Position numbers and translations under genes: made by a program. A stretch of DNA of 64,000 nucleotides from Burkholderiales bacterium PBB2 (GTDB taxonomy: Bacteria; Pseudomonadota; Gammaproteobacteria; Burkholderiales; Burkholderiaceae_C): contig NKIM01000006.1 in NCBI GenBank assembly GCA_002255955.1, forward strand, positions 84,537 to 148,536, written 5' to 3'. Below the pieces are notes generated by a model. It saw only the letters and a program-made list of their open reading frames with translations. It made no database searches and was not told the origin of the DNA. This document shows positions 18,695 through 30,826 of this stretch, piece by piece. How positions within the stretch are numbered: the stretch's first letter is position 1; every line of letters begins with the position of its first letter.

Positions 18695-19777
18695 TCAGAG
18701 CTTTTGCGACTGCATGAAGTCGTCAAAACCGGCCTCCGAAAAACGGAACCAGAGGTTTTGCTCGCGACGGAAGACCGAGTAGTCCTCGTAGATCTTCTTC
18801 CAGTGTGGATTCTTGCCGCTGAGCTCGGCATAGATGGCCATGGACTCCTTGAACGCCGCGTCCATCACATCCTTGGGGAAGCGGAACAGCTTGGTGCCGC
18901 CCTTGACCAGCTCGCGCAAGGCACCCGGGTTCTTGGCGTCGTACTTGGCCTGCATGTCGACATGGGCCACGGCGGCGGCGCTTTCGACGATGGCCTTGTA
19001 CTCGGGAGTCAGGGCCTCAAACGCCTTGGTGTTGATGTAGAAGTCCAGCTGCGGACCGCCCTCCCACCAGCCCGGGTAGTAGTAGTTGGGCGCCACTTTG
19101 TTGAAGCCCAGCTTTTGGTCGTCGTAGGGCCCCACCCATTCGGCCGCATCAATCGTGCCTTTTTCCAGCGCCTGGTAGATCTCGCCGCCGGGGATGTTCT
19201 GCGGCACACCGCCCATGCGCTCCAGCACCCGGCCAGCAAAGCCGCCGATGCGGATCTTCATGCCCTTGATGTCAGCCAGGCCCTTCACTTCCTTGCGGTA
19301 CCAGCCGCCCATCTGGGCACCGGTGTTACCGCCGGGGAAATTGATGATGTTGTAGCCGCGGTAGAACTCGCGCATCAGCTTGAGGCCATTGCCCTCGACC
19401 ATCCAGGCGGTCATCTGCCGGCTGTTGAGGCCGAACGGAATGGCGCAACCCAGCGCGAACACCTCGTCCTTGCCGTGGAAGTAATACGGCGCCGTGTGCG
19501 CGATCTCCACCGTGCCGTCCTTGACCGCATCCACCACGCCGAAAGGCGGCATCAGCTCACCGCCGGCATGGACGGAAATCTGGAACTTGCCGCCGGTCAT
19601 CTCGCTGACCTTTTTGGCGAACACATCGGCCGCGCCAAAAATCGTGTCCAAGGACTTGGGAAAGCTCGAGGCCATGCGCCAGCGAATCGTGGTCTGCGCA
19701 TGGACCACGGCCGGCGCGGCGCCGGCTGCCAAAACGCCGGCCAGACCGGCTTGTCGAACAAAGGAACGACGCTCCAT
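18695..19777 (-). CDS. TRAP transporter substrate-binding protein (DctP-type, Tat signal)
   Basis: Trimmed to MERRSFVRQAGLAGVLAAGAAPAVVHA (twin-arginine signal), preceded by AGGAGA. The rest is typical of COG4663-type TRAP receptors. Confidence 0.9.
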   Translation of the reverse strand: MERRSFVRQAGLAGVLAAGAAPAVVHAQTTIRWRMASSFPKSLDTIFGAADVFAKKVSEMTGGKFQISVHAGGELMPPFGVVDAVKDGTVEIAHTAPYYFHGKDEVFALGCAIPFGLNSRQMTAWMVEGNGLKLMREFYRGYNIINFPGGNTGAQMGGWYRKEVKGLADIKGMKIRIGGFAGRVLERMGGVPQNIPGGEIYQALEKGTIDAAEWVGPYDDQKLGFNKVAPNYYYPGWWEGGPQLDFYINTKAFEALTPEYKAIVESAAAVAHVDMQAKYDAKNPGALRELVKGGTKLFRFPKDVMDAAFKESMAIYAELSGKNPHWKKIYEDYSVFRREQNLWFRFSEAGFDDFMQSQKL

Positions 19778-19898
19778 CTCTGTCTCCTGTGGTGCTGTCC
19801 GCACTGTGAATTGCCGCTGAATTCTAGGATGCAGACATGGGGCCTCGACCGGGGCAAACCCCTGTGAAGCGCACGCGAAACAACAGGGGTGAAATACC

Positions 19899-21311
19899 TC
19901 AGCTACCCGCCAGCTTCATGCGCGAGATCAGCAGCGAACCGACCGTCTTGCCGCCCAAGGTGTAGCGGTCGATGCCGAGGCCGACGATGTCCTGGAACAT
20001 GGTCTTCAGATTGCCGGCAATGGTCACTTCATGAACCGGGAAGGCAATCTCACCGTTCTCGACCCAGTAGCCGCTGGCACCGCGCGAATAGTCACCCGTG
20101 ACCGAGTTGACGCCCTGCCCCATCAGTTCCGTCACGAAGAGGCCGGTGCCCAGGCGTCGCAGCATGGTGCGCAAATCATCGCCAGGCGCCGTCAGACGGC
20201 TGCTCATGCTCAGATTGTGCGAGCCGCCGGCATGGCCGGTGGTGCGCATGCCCAGCTTGCGCGCGGAATAGGTGGAGAGGAAGTAACCCTGCAGCACACC
20301 GGCCTCCACCACGCTGCGCGCGCGGGTGGTGACGCCTTCGTCATCGAAGGGCGAGCTGGCCTTGCCTTTGGGCTCGTGCGGATCCTCATAGATGTCGATG
20401 TGCGAGGCCAGCACGCTCTGGCCCAGGCTGTCGAGCAGGAAGCTGGCACGTCGGTACAGCGCCCCCCCGCTGACCGCCTGCACCAAGGCACCCAGCAAGC
20501 CGGCGGCGGCCGTGTTCTCGAACAAGACCGGCACCTCGGCCGTGCCGACCTTGCGAGCCTTCAGGCGCGACAGGGCCCGCTCGGCGGCATAACGGCCAAT
20601 GGCCTCGGGCGCCGCCAGTTCCTGCGCATCGCGCATCGAGCTGTACCAGGCGTCGCGCTGCATCTGCGCGCCACGGCCCGCAATCGGCGCCACCGAGATC
20701 GAATGACGCGAGCTGGCATAGCCACCGCGAAAGCCGCGGCTGTTGCCCATGTAGAAATGCGACTGCTGGGCCGACACGGCCGCGCCCTCGCTGTTGGCGA
20801 TGCGCTTGTCGGTGGCAAAAGCCGCTTCTTCACAATGCAGGGCGATGGCCGCGGCGGCCTGCGCGTCGATGGCCCAGGGGTGGAACAGGTCCAGGTCCGG
20901 GCGGCTGGCCGCATCCAGGGACAGGTCTTGCTCGTCGGGCAGACCGGCCACCGGGTCCTCGGCCGTGAAGCGGGCGATGTCAAACGCCGCGCGCACCGTG
21001 TCTTGCAGGGCCTTGGGCGAGAAATCCGAGGTGCTGGCATTGCCGCGGCGCTGGCCCAGATAGACCGAGATGCCCAACGACTTGTCGCGGTTGCGCTCGA
21101 CGTTCTCCAACTGGCCCAGGCGGGTGGACACCGACAGGCCGCAGCCCTCGGACACCTCGGCGCCGGCGTCGCTGGCGCCCAGGCGCTTGGCCTCGGCCAG
21201 CACATCCTCGATCAACTGCTGGAACTGCTCCACCTTGTACGCAAATCCACTGCCATTCGCGGACGATGCAGACATGGCAGACGAGGAGACAGGCTTCGAT
21301 GTAGAGGTCAT
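19899..21311 (-). CDS. pmbA: Metalloprotease PmbA (TldE)
   Basis: PmbA/TldD fold recognised over the whole length (…DAGAEVSEGCGLSVSTRLGQLENVE…, C-terminal GDYSRGASGYWVENGEI). Start uncertain: ATG at 21311 or 21275, with the GTG at 21386 unlikely. Confidence 0.88.
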   Translation of the reverse strand: MTSTSKPVSSSAMSASSANGSGFAYKVEQFQQLIEDVLAEAKRLGASDAGAEVSEGCGLSVSTRLGQLENVERNRDKSLGISVYLGQRRGNASTSDFSPKALQDTVRAAFDIARFTAEDPVAGLPDEQDLSLDAASRPDLDLFHPWAIDAQAAAAIALHCEEAAFATDKRIANSEGAAVSAQQSHFYMGNSRGFRGGYASSRHSISVAPIAGRGAQMQRDAWYSSMRDAQELAAPEAIGRYAAERALSRLKARKVGTAEVPVLFENTAAAGLLGALVQAVSGGALYRRASFLLDSLGQSVLASHIDIYEDPHEPKGKASSPFDDEGVTTRARSVVEAGVLQGYFLSTYSARKLGMRTTGHAGGSHNLSMSSRLTAPGDDLRTMLRRLGTGLFVTELMGQGVNSVTGDYSRGASGYWVENGEIAFPVHEVTIAGNLKTMFQDIVGLGIDRYTLGGKTVGSLLISRMKLAGS

Positions 21312-21499
21312 GGAGGGCGAGCAAACGTGAGGGAAAAGGGCCCGAGCGCCAAGCGCACCGACCCGAACGCCGCGCGCGCCGCACACAGGCGCACGCGCGG
21401 AGATTCAGAACTGGGGGACAATCATACGAGTCGCAGCGCCCTGCTGCCGGGGCCGGGCCCATGCGCCCATTGCCTTCTCCCCTATCCCGACGCCGCATC

Positions 21500-22081
21500 A
21501 TGAGAACACAAGAAGATCTGCACGACGAAGACGACGATTTCGACCGCCCCAGCAAAAGCCAGCTCAAGCGCGAAAGCCACGTCCTGCAGAGCCTGGGCGA
21601 AGATCTGCTGACCCTGCCGGCCAGCCGCCTCGAGCCGCTGAACCTGCCGGAGATCTTGCTCGATGCCCTGCGCATGGCCAAGAAGATCACCTCGCACGAA
21701 GGCCGCCGCCGCCAGATGCAGTACATCGGCAAGCTGATGCGCCGTGTCGACCCCGAGCCCATCCGCCAGGCCGTGGCCGCCTACAAGCTGGGCCATGCCA
21801 AGGACAGCCTCGCCCTGCACGAGAGCGAAGCCTGGCGTGAGCGCCTGCTGGCCGACGACAACGCGCTGCAGAGCTTCATCGCCGAGCATGCCGGGATCGA
21901 TGTGCAGCAGCTGCGCAGCCTCGTGCGCGCCGCCCGTAAGGACGCCGCCAACGAGCCGGAGAAGCGCAGCGGCCGCGCCTTCCGGGAGCTGTTCCAGTTC
22001 ATCAAGACCGAGCGCCTGCGCGTCAACCCGACTGCCGAAGGCGAATCGGCAGAAGACGCGGACGAGGACGAGCAGGCATGA
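21500..22081 (+). CDS. yjgA: Ribosome-associated protein YjgA (DUF615)
   Basis: MRTQEDLHDEDDDFDRPSKSQLKRE...SHEGRRRQMQYIGKLMR. Divergent from pmbA, as in E. coli. Confidence 0.85.
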   Translation: MRTQEDLHDEDDDFDRPSKSQLKRESHVLQSLGEDLLTLPASRLEPLNLPEILLDALRMAKKITSHEGRRRQMQYIGKLMRRVDPEPIRQAVAAYKLGHAKDSLALHESEAWRERLLADDNALQSFIAEHAGIDVQQLRSLVRAARKDAANEPEKRSGRAFRELFQFIKTERLRVNPTAEGESAEDADEDEQA

Positions 22082-22698
22082 GCGAGACCGCGCTGGCGCC
22101 CCTGCCAGCCACACCCGAGCCGGTGCGCATCGGCATTGTTTCCATCAGTGACCGTGCATCCAGCGGCGTCTACGAAGACAAGGGCCTGCCGGCCCTGCAG
22201 AGCTGGCTGAGCGAGGCCCTGCACAACCCGATCGAGTTCGTGCCGCGCCTGATTCCCGACGAGCGGCCCTTGATTGCGCAAACCCTGCGCGAACTGGTTG
22301 ACGAGACAGGCTGCCACCTGGTGCTGACCACCGGCGGCACCGGCCCGGCGCTGCGCGACGTCACGCCCGAAGCCACGCTGGACGTGGCCGACAAGGAAAT
22401 GCCTGGCTTTGGTGAGCAGATGCGCCAGATCTCCCTGCGCTTTGTGCCCACGGCCATCCTCTCGCGCCAGGTGGCGGTGATCCGCGGCCAGGCCTTGATC
22501 ATCAATCTGCCGGGGCAGCCCAAAGCCATCGCCGAGACGCTGGAAGGCCTGCGCGACGCCGAGGGCCAGAGCCTGGTGCCCGGCATTTTTGCGGCCGTGC
22601 CTTACTGCCTGGACCTGATCGGCGCGCCGTATCTGGAAACGCGCGAGGCCAAGTGCAAGGCCTTCCGGCCCAAAACGGCGATCCGCCAGCGGACTTGA
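22078..22698 (+). CDS. mog: Molybdopterin adenylyltransferase MogA
   Basis: RIGIVSISDRAS.GVYEDKG...LVLTTGGTGPALRDVTPEAT. ATGA overlap with yjgA. Confidence 0.9.
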   Translation: MSETALAPLPATPEPVRIGIVSISDRASSGVYEDKGLPALQSWLSEALHNPIEFVPRLIPDERPLIAQTLRELVDETGCHLVLTTGGTGPALRDVTPEATLDVADKEMPGFGEQMRQISLRFVPTAILSRQVAVIRGQALIINLPGQPKAIAETLEGLRDAEGQSLVPGIFAAVPYCLDLIGAPYLETREAKCKAFRPKTAIRQRT

Positions 22699-22723
22699 GC
22701 CGACAGAGCGGCGTCAGCCCCAA

Positions 22724-22740
22724 GCCCTGAATTTCAGGGC
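22724..22740. terminator. Short hairpin between the convergent mog and cysE genes
   Basis: GCCCTGA-att-TCAGGGC, a 7-bp stem. Weak. Confidence 0.4.
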
Positions 22741-22742
22741 CT

Positions 22743-23519
22743 TCACTTGACCAACTGGTTCAGGGAAGCCGCGTCAAAGTCTTCGCTCTGCCGAGCATCC
22801 GCCGGCACGCAGTTGCCCACCTGGGCCTGCGACGCGGCCGACAACTTGCACACCGCTTGCCACAGCAAGGCGATCTGATGCTCATGGCCGGCGGCGCTGT
22901 CGATCAGGCCCCGCATGGCTTGCGCCACCGGGTCATCACCCTGGCTGACCCCGTAGGCCGAGAAGCCCATCTTGGCCGCCTGCTCTTCACGGCGGGCATC
23001 GGCCTTGGCTTCGATGATGCGGGCCGGGTTGCCCACCGCCGTGGCATTGGCCGGCACCGGGCGCGTGACCACCGCGCCCGAACCGATGCGCGCGCCCGCC
23101 CCCACCGTGAAGCCGCCCAGCACGCAGGCATGGGCACCAACGATGACACCCGCCTCCAGCGTCGGGTGGCGCTTGGCGCCCTTGACCAGCGAGGTGCCGC
23201 CCAGGGTCACGCCCTGGTAAATCGTGCAGCCTTCGCCGATCTCGGCCATCTCGCCGATCACCACGCCCATGCCGTGGTCGATGAACACACGGCGGGCGAT
23301 GGTGGCGCCCGGGTGGATCTCGATGCCGGTGAGGAAGCGGCTCAGATGCGAGATGAACCGCCCGGTCCAGCGCAGGCCGTGGCGCCAGCACCAGTGCGCG
23401 CGGCGATGCATCCACAGCGCATGCAGGCCCGGATAACAGGTCAGCACCTCCCAGGTCGACCGGGCAGCCGGGTCGCGCTCAAGGATGCAGGCGATGTCTT
23501 CGCGGAGGCGCTGGAACAT
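22743..23519 (-). CDS. cysE: Serine O-acetyltransferase
   Basis: [21 protein letters not shown]...[23 protein letters not shown]. Hexapeptide repeats. Confidence 0.9.
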   Translation of the reverse strand: MFQRLREDIACILERDPAARSTWEVLTCYPGLHALWMHRRAHWCWRHGLRWTGRFISHLSRFLTGIEIHPGATIARRVFIDHGMGVVIGEMAEIGEGCTIYQGVTLGGTSLVKGAKRHPTLEAGVIVGAHACVLGGFTVGAGARIGSGAVVTRPVPANATAVGNPARIIEAKADARREEQAAKMGFSAYGVSQGDDPVAQAMRGLIDSAAGHEHQIALLWQAVCKLSAASQAQVGNCVPADARQSEDFDAASLNQLVK

Positions 23520-23627
23520 GGGGCGTCAAAAGAAACAGGGGTCGGCCAGTTTAGCGGTGGCAGCAAAAGCCCGTTCAAGAGCGGCTGATGCGCCAGGAGC
23601 GGCGCTTCAAGCGGCGCGCCTCAGGTG

Positions 23628-24347
23628 TCACGCGTCACGTTGATGCGGCTCCACCATGGCCCGCGCAATGCCGCGCAGGATGTGGACTTCCTCGGTGCTC
23701 AACTGTGCGCGGTTGAAGAGCTGGTTCAGGCGCGGCATCAGCTTGCGCGGCGCGGCCGGGTCCAGAAAGCCGATCTGCTCCAGCGAGGCCTGCAGATGCG
23801 TGAGCAAGCCCTGCACCGCCCGCGCATCGGCCAGATTCGGGTCGGGCGTGCGCGCGGCCACGCTGAAGCCACCCAGCGCCTGGCGCCAGTCGTAGGCCAG
23901 CAGCTGCACGGCCTGGGCCAGGTTCAAGGAGCCGTAGTCCGGGTGGGTGGGAATCGACAGCACCGCGTGGCAGCGGTACACGTCTTCATTGCTCATGCCG
24001 TAGCGCTCTGAGCCGAACACCAGGCCCAGCTTGTGCGCGGAGGCCGCCAGCTCGGCGAACAAGGCGCGCGGCTCGCGCACCGGCGGGCCGAAGTCGCGCG
24101 GCGTCATGGCCGTGGCGCAGGCAAAGGTGACGCCGTCGAGCGCTTCTTCCAGGCTGTCGACGATGCGCGCCCGGGTGAGGATGTCGGCGGCACCGCTGGC
24201 CATGGCCACCGTTTCTTCCTGGCTCAGCACATCGGCAAAGCGCGGCCGCACCAGCACCAGCTCGGAAAATCCCATCACCTTCATGGCCCGGGCGGTGGCG
24301 CCCACATTGCCGGGGTGGCTGGTCTGAATCAAGACAAAACGTGTCAT
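23628..24347 (-). CDS. trmJ: tRNA (cytidine/uridine-2'-O)-methyltransferase TrmJ (SpoU family)
   Basis: FVLIQTSHPGNVGATARAMKVMGF...GSERYGMSNE...IPT...SLNLAQAV. Start is ATG 24347, or GTG 24362. The suhB/trmJ/cysE neighbourhood is conserved. Confidence 0.8.
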   Translation of the reverse strand: MTRFVLIQTSHPGNVGATARAMKVMGFSELVLVRPRFADVLSQEETVAMASGAADILTRARIVDSLEEALDGVTFACATAMTPRDFGPPVREPRALFAELAASAHKLGLVFGSERYGMSNEDVYRCHAVLSIPTHPDYGSLNLAQAVQLLAYDWRQALGGFSVAARTPDPNLADARAVQGLLTHLQASLEQIGFLDPAAPRKLMPRLNQLFNRAQLSTEEVHILRGIARAMVEPHQRDA

Positions 24348-24557
24348 ATCAACGCGGGTCACCGGGGTCAGCCGGGCAGAATCGAGAAAGATCGGCCAAG
24401 GAATCGCTAGGCAAAACCCGCGCCTCGGTTAAAATGCGGGATTATCCTAGGCTCCCCGGCCTGAACCCGAACAGTTTCAGACCGGCCGCGGCACTAGAGA
24501 CGCTCTTTTTCTTCGCCAGTCCACCTCAACCCTCCTTCTTCAGGCAAGGTTTCACGC

Positions 24558-25538
24558 ATGTCGCAGCAAGCTTCACTCCATCCCATGCTCAATGTCGCCA
24601 TCAAAGCGGCACGCGCAGCTGGCGCCATCATCAACCGCGCCTCGATGGACCTCGATATCCTGAAGATCAACACCAAGTCGCCCAATGACTTCGTGACCGA
24701 GGTGGACCAAGCGGCAGAAAAAGTCATCATCGAAACCCTGCTCCAGGCCTACCCTGACCACGGCATCCTCGCCGAAGAGTCGGGTCGCGAGTACGGCGCC
24801 AAGCATTCCGAATTCGTCTGGATCATCGATCCCCTGGACGGCACCACCAACTTCATCCACGGCCTGCCCATGTACTGCGTGTCGATCGCGCTGGCACACC
24901 GCGGCGTGGTGCAGCAGGCGGTTGTCTACGACCCGACCCGCAACGACCTGTTCTACGCCACCAAGGGCCGTGGCGCCTTCCTGAACGACCGCCGCCTGCG
25001 CGTCTCCAAGCGCACCCGCTTGAGCGACGCCCTGATCGGCACCGGCTTCCCCTTCCGCCGCGGCGACAACTTCAAGCGCTATATGAAGATGTTCGAAGCG
25101 GTGATGGTCGAGTGCGCCGGCCTGCGCCGCCCGGGTGCCGCCGCCCTGGACCTCTGCTATGTGGCCGCCGGCTACTACGACGCCTTCTTCGAGACCGGCC
25201 TGCAGCCCTGGGATGTGGCCGCGGGCTCGCTGATCATCACCGAAGCCGGTGGCCTGATCGGCAACTTCACCGGCGAAGCCGACTTCCTGCACCAGCGCGA
25301 AGTGGTGGCCGGCAGCCCCAAGATCTACGGGCAGCTTGTGCAGATCCTGGCGCCCTACACCCGCGTGATCACGGCGGAAGAGGCCGAGGGCGATGCCAAG
25401 CCGGCAGACGCCAAGGCCGCCGGCAAGAAGAAGACCGCAGACGCTGCGGGCGTTGTGGCCGCGGACGCTGCCGCCGCACCGAAGAAGCGCGCCGCGGTGC
25501 GCATCCGCAAGGATGAACTGGGTGGCGAAGGCGCTTAA
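24558..25538 (+). CDS. suhB: Inositol monophosphatase family protein SuhB with Ala/Lys-rich C-terminal extension
   Basis: Motifs [16 protein letters not shown] and WDVAAG. About 60 extra C-terminal residues; see findings. Confidence 0.9.
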   Translation: MSQQASLHPMLNVAIKAARAAGAIINRASMDLDILKINTKSPNDFVTEVDQAAEKVIIETLLQAYPDHGILAEESGREYGAKHSEFVWIIDPLDGTTNFIHGLPMYCVSIALAHRGVVQQAVVYDPTRNDLFYATKGRGAFLNDRRLRVSKRTRLSDALIGTGFPFRRGDNFKRYMKMFEAVMVECAGLRRPGAAALDLCYVAAGYYDAFFETGLQPWDVAAGSLIITEAGGLIGNFTGEADFLHQREVVAGSPKIYGQLVQILAPYTRVITAEEAEGDAKPADAKAAGKKKTADAAGVVAADAAAAPKKRAAVRIRKDELGGEGA

Positions 25539-25572
25539 ACTGCGCGCTGAGCTGTCTCAGCACCCCTGACCG

Positions 25573-25607
25573 ACAAAGCCCTCCGCCCGAGGGCTTTGTT
25601 CATTTCT
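25573..25607 (+). terminator. Rho-independent terminator after suhB
   Basis: ACAAAGCCCTC-cgccc-GAGGGCTTTGT followed by TCATTTCT. Confidence 0.75.
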
Positions 25608-25640
25608 GACGCCTGCATCACCGACGCCCGCATCCCAACC

Positions 25641-28235
25641 ATGAGCCACGCCCCGGATTTCTCTGCCCACACGCCGGTGATGGCGCAGTACCTGCGCATC
25701 AAGCACGAGCACCCCGAGGAGCTGGTGTTCTTCCGCATGGGCGACTTTTACGAGGTCTTCTTCGACGACGCCCGCAAGTGCAACCAGTTGCTCGACATCA
25801 CCCTGACCACCCGCGGCCAGAGCGCTGGCGAGCCAGTGGTGATGGCCGGCGTGCCGGTCCATGCGCTGGAGAGTTATCTGGCCAAGCTGATCAAGCTGGG
25901 CGAGGCGGTGGCGATTGCCGAACAGGTGGGCGATGTAGCCACCTCCAAAGGCCCGGTGGAGCGCAAGGTGGTGCGCGTGGTCACGCCCGGCACGGTCACC
26001 GACAGCGAGTTGCTGGCCGACAAGCAGGATTCTGTGCTGCTCTCGGTCGTTCAGCAAGGCAAGACCCACGGCCTGGCCTGGCTCTCGCTGACTCAGGGCC
26101 AGCTGGGCCTGGCCGAATGCACCGAGCGAGAGCTGCCCTCCTGGCTGGCCCGCCTGAGCCCGGCCGAGGTGCTGGTGGACCGCGAGCGCCAGCCCGCCGC
26201 CGTGCTGGCCGCGCGCGCACCCATCACCAACCGCCCGAGCTGGCAGTTCGACACCGCCCTGGGTGCACGCAAGCTCTGCGAGCAGCTCGGCGTGGCCAGC
26301 CTGGCCGGCTACAACGCCCAGCAGATGACGGCAGCGCAAGCGGCCGCGGCGGCCCTGCTCAGCTATGCCGAGCACACCCAGGGCCGGGCCCTGGCCCATG
26401 TGCGCGCGCTCAGCGTCCAGCGCAGCAGCGAGCTGCTGGACCTGCCGCCCGCCACCCAGCGCAATCTGGAACTGACGCAGACCCTGCGCGGAGAGACCAG
26501 CCCCACCCTGCTCTCCCTGCTGGACAGCTGCCGCACCGGCATGGGCAGCCGCGCCCTGCGCCACTGGCTGCTGCACCCCAAGCGCGAACGTGCCGAGGCC
26601 CTGGCACGCCATGGCGCCATCGCCGCCCTGCTGCAGGCCCGGCCCGAGCCCCTGCGCGAGGCGCTGCGCCAAGTCTCGGATGTCGAGCGCATCGCCGCCC
26701 GCATCGCCCTGCGCCAGGTGCGCCCGCGCGAGCTGGCCGGATTGCGCGCCACCCTGCACATCCTGCCCGAGCTGCAACAGACCGTGCCCGCCGGCAGCAG
26801 CGAACTGCTGGATCAGCTGGCCCAGGGCCTGCTCGCCTCACCCGAGCTGGAGCAGATGCTGAGCCGTGCGATTGCCGAAGAGCCGGCCGTTCTGGTGCGC
26901 GACGGCGGCGTGATCGCCAGTGGCTTTGATGCCGAACTGGACGAGCTGCGCGCCATCCAGAACAACTGCGACGCCTTCCTGCTGGACCTGGAAACCCGCG
27001 AGCGCGCGCGCACCGGCATCCCCAATCTGCGCGTGCAGTTCAACAAGGTCCACGGCTTCTACATCGAGGTGACGCAAGGCCAGGTGGACAAGGTGCCGAG
27101 CGACTACCAGCGCCGCCAGACCTTGAAGAACGCCGAGCGCTACATCACGCCCGAGCTCAAAACCTTCGAGGACAAAGCCTTGTCGGCGCAGGAGCGCTCG
27201 CTGACGCGCGAGAAGCTGCTGTTCGAGCAACTCATCGATTGGCTGATCGAATCGCTGCAGCCGCTCTCGGCCCTGGGCCGCGCCCTGGCCAGCCTGGACG
27301 CCCTGGCGGCCCTGGCCGAGCGCGCCGCCACGCTCAACTGGTGCCGGCCGGAGTTCGTCAACCAGCCCTGCATCGACATCAGCCAGGGCCGCCACCCGGT
27401 GGTGGAGTCGCGCCTGCGCGAAACCGGTGCCGGCGAGTTCATGGCCAATGACTGCCGGCTCGACGCGCGCACCCGCATGGCCGTGATCACCGGCCCGAAT
27501 ATGGGCGGCAAGAGCACCTTCATGCGTCAGGTGGCCCTGATCAGCCTGCTGGCGGCCATCGGCAGCTATGTGCCAGCCAGCGCCTGCCGGCTCGGGCCTA
27601 TGGATGCCATCCACACCCGCATCGGCGCGGCCGACGACCTGGCCAATGCCCAGTCCACCTTCATGCTGGAGATGACCGAGGGCGCGGCGATTCTGCACAG
27701 CGCCACCGAGCAGTCCTTGGTGCTGATGGACGAGATCGGCCGCGGCACCTCGACCTTTGATGGCCTAGCCCTGGCCGGCGCCATCGCCAGCCATCTGCAT
27801 GACAAGAGCCGCGCCTTCACGCTCTTTGCCACCCATTATTTCGAGCTGACTGAGTTCCCCAGCAAGCACCCGCAGGCCATCAACTGCCATGTCGGCGCGG
27901 TCGAAAGCGGCGACGACATCGTCTTCCTGCACGAGATCCAGCCCGGCCCGGCCAGCCGCAGCTATGGCGTGCAGGTGGCGCGTTTGGCCGGCATGCCGGC
28001 CTCCCTGGTGCGCCAGGCGCGGGCCACGCTGGAAGCCCTGGAGGCCAAGGCCGGCGAGGGCCAGGCGCAGATCGACTTGTTTGCGCCACCGCCGGCCGCG
28101 CCCGAGCCGCCGCCTGTCTCGCAAGCGACAAGCGCGCTGAGCCAAGCCATCAATGATGTGGACCCCGACACGCTCACGCCGCGCGAAGCGCTGGATCTGG
28201 TCTACCGGCTCAAGAAGCTGAGCCAGGCCGAGTAG
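25641..28235 (+). CDS. mutS: DNA mismatch repair protein MutS
   Basis: Trimmed to [44 protein letters not shown]. Walker [10 protein letters not shown] and [12 protein letters not shown]. Confidence 0.97.
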   Translation: MSHAPDFSAHTPVMAQYLRIKHEHPEELVFFRMGDFYEVFFDDARKCNQLLDITLTTRGQSAGEPVVMAGVPVHALESYLAKLIKLGEAVAIAEQVGDVATSKGPVERKVVRVVTPGTVTDSELLADKQDSVLLSVVQQGKTHGLAWLSLTQGQLGLAECTERELPSWLARLSPAEVLVDRERQPAAVLAARAPITNRPSWQFDTALGARKLCEQLGVASLAGYNAQQMTAAQAAAAALLSYAEHTQGRALAHVRALSVQRSSELLDLPPATQRNLELTQTLRGETSPTLLSLLDSCRTGMGSRALRHWLLHPKRERAEALARHGAIAALLQARPEPLREALRQVSDVERIAARIALRQVRPRELAGLRATLHILPELQQTVPAGSSELLDQLAQGLLASPELEQMLSRAIAEEPAVLVRDGGVIASGFDAELDELRAIQNNCDAFLLDLETRERARTGIPNLRVQFNKVHGFYIEVTQGQVDKVPSDYQRRQTLKNAERYITPELKTFEDKALSAQERSLTREKLLFEQLIDWLIESLQPLSALGRALASLDALAALAERAATLNWCRPEFVNQPCIDISQGRHPVVESRLRETGAGEFMANDCRLDARTRMAVITGPNMGGKSTFMRQVALISLLAAIGSYVPASACRLGPMDAIHTRIGAADDLANAQSTFMLEMTEGAAILHSATEQSLVLMDEIGRGTSTFDGLALAGAIASHLHDKSRAFTLFATHYFELTEFPSKHPQAINCHVGAVESGDDIVFLHEIQPGPASRSYGVQVARLAGMPASLVRQARATLEALEAKAGEGQAQIDLFAPPPAAPEPPPVSQATSALSQAINDVDPDTLTPREALDLVYRLKKLSQAE

Positions 28236-28259
28236 CCCCGCCGCCCGGCGCTCCCAGGA

Positions 28260-29081
28260 ATGAACCGGACTCTCGTCTTCTCCCACGCCAACGGCTTTGG
28301 TGCCGCCTGCTACCGCCTGCATTTCGAGGCCTGGCGGCGCGCCGGCTGGCAGGTCCATGCCTTGCCGCAGATCGGCCACAACCCGGCCTATCCCGTCAGC
28401 AGCAACTGGCCGCATCTACGCGACGAGCTGATCGATTTCATCCGCACGGAGGTGAAATCCAGCGGGCCGGTCAGCCTGGTCGGCCATTCCCTGGGCGGCA
28501 TGCTGAGCCTGCTGGTCGCCTGCCAGCAGCCGGAACTGGTGCAAAGCCTGGTGATGCTGGACTCGCCGGTGGTCAGCGGTTGGCGTGCCCAGAGCGTGCG
28601 GGTGGCCAAGGCCACAAGGCTGATCCACCGGGTCTCGCCAGGCAAGGTGTCCCGCCAGCGCCGCTACGAATGGCCGGATCGCGAGGCGGTGATGAGCCAC
28701 TTCGCCAGCAAGCACAAATTCGCGCGCTGGGACCCACGGGTGCTGCAGGACTATGTGGACGGTGGTTTTGAAGAACAGGATGGGCGCAGCCGCCTGCGCT
28801 TTCGCCGCGAGATCGAGACCCGCATCTACGACACCCTGCCCCATCACCTGCCGAGCCTGCTGCGCCGGCATCCGCTGCGCTGCCCGGTGGCCTTTGTGGC
28901 GGGCACCCAGTCCGAGGAACTGCGCCAGGCGGGCGCCGCCGCCAGCAAGGCCCTGGCCGGGCCCCACTTCGTCTGGATGGAGGGCAGCCACCTCTTTCCT
29001 TTCGAGCGCCCGGACGACACGGCCGGCCTCGTGCTGCAGTTGCTCGAGGCCATGCAGCTTTCCACACCGTCCCCGGACTGA
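28260..29081 (+). CDS. Alpha/beta hydrolase
   Basis: Nucleophile elbow GHSLGG; 273 aa. No finer assignment possible by eye. Confidence 0.8.
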   Translation: MNRTLVFSHANGFGAACYRLHFEAWRRAGWQVHALPQIGHNPAYPVSSNWPHLRDELIDFIRTEVKSSGPVSLVGHSLGGMLSLLVACQQPELVQSLVMLDSPVVSGWRAQSVRVAKATRLIHRVSPGKVSRQRRYEWPDREAVMSHFASKHKFARWDPRVLQDYVDGGFEEQDGRSRLRFRREIETRIYDTLPHHLPSLLRRHPLRCPVAFVAGTQSEELRQAGAAASKALAGPHFVWMEGSHLFPFERPDDTAGLVLQLLEAMQLSTPSPD

Positions 29082-29124
29082 TTCCCGGGCCGGTGTCCGA
29101 GCGGTCCGTCGGGCCTCGCTATAA

Positions 29125-30813
<1,689 letters not shown>

Positions 30814-30826
30814 AGGAATCCTGCCC

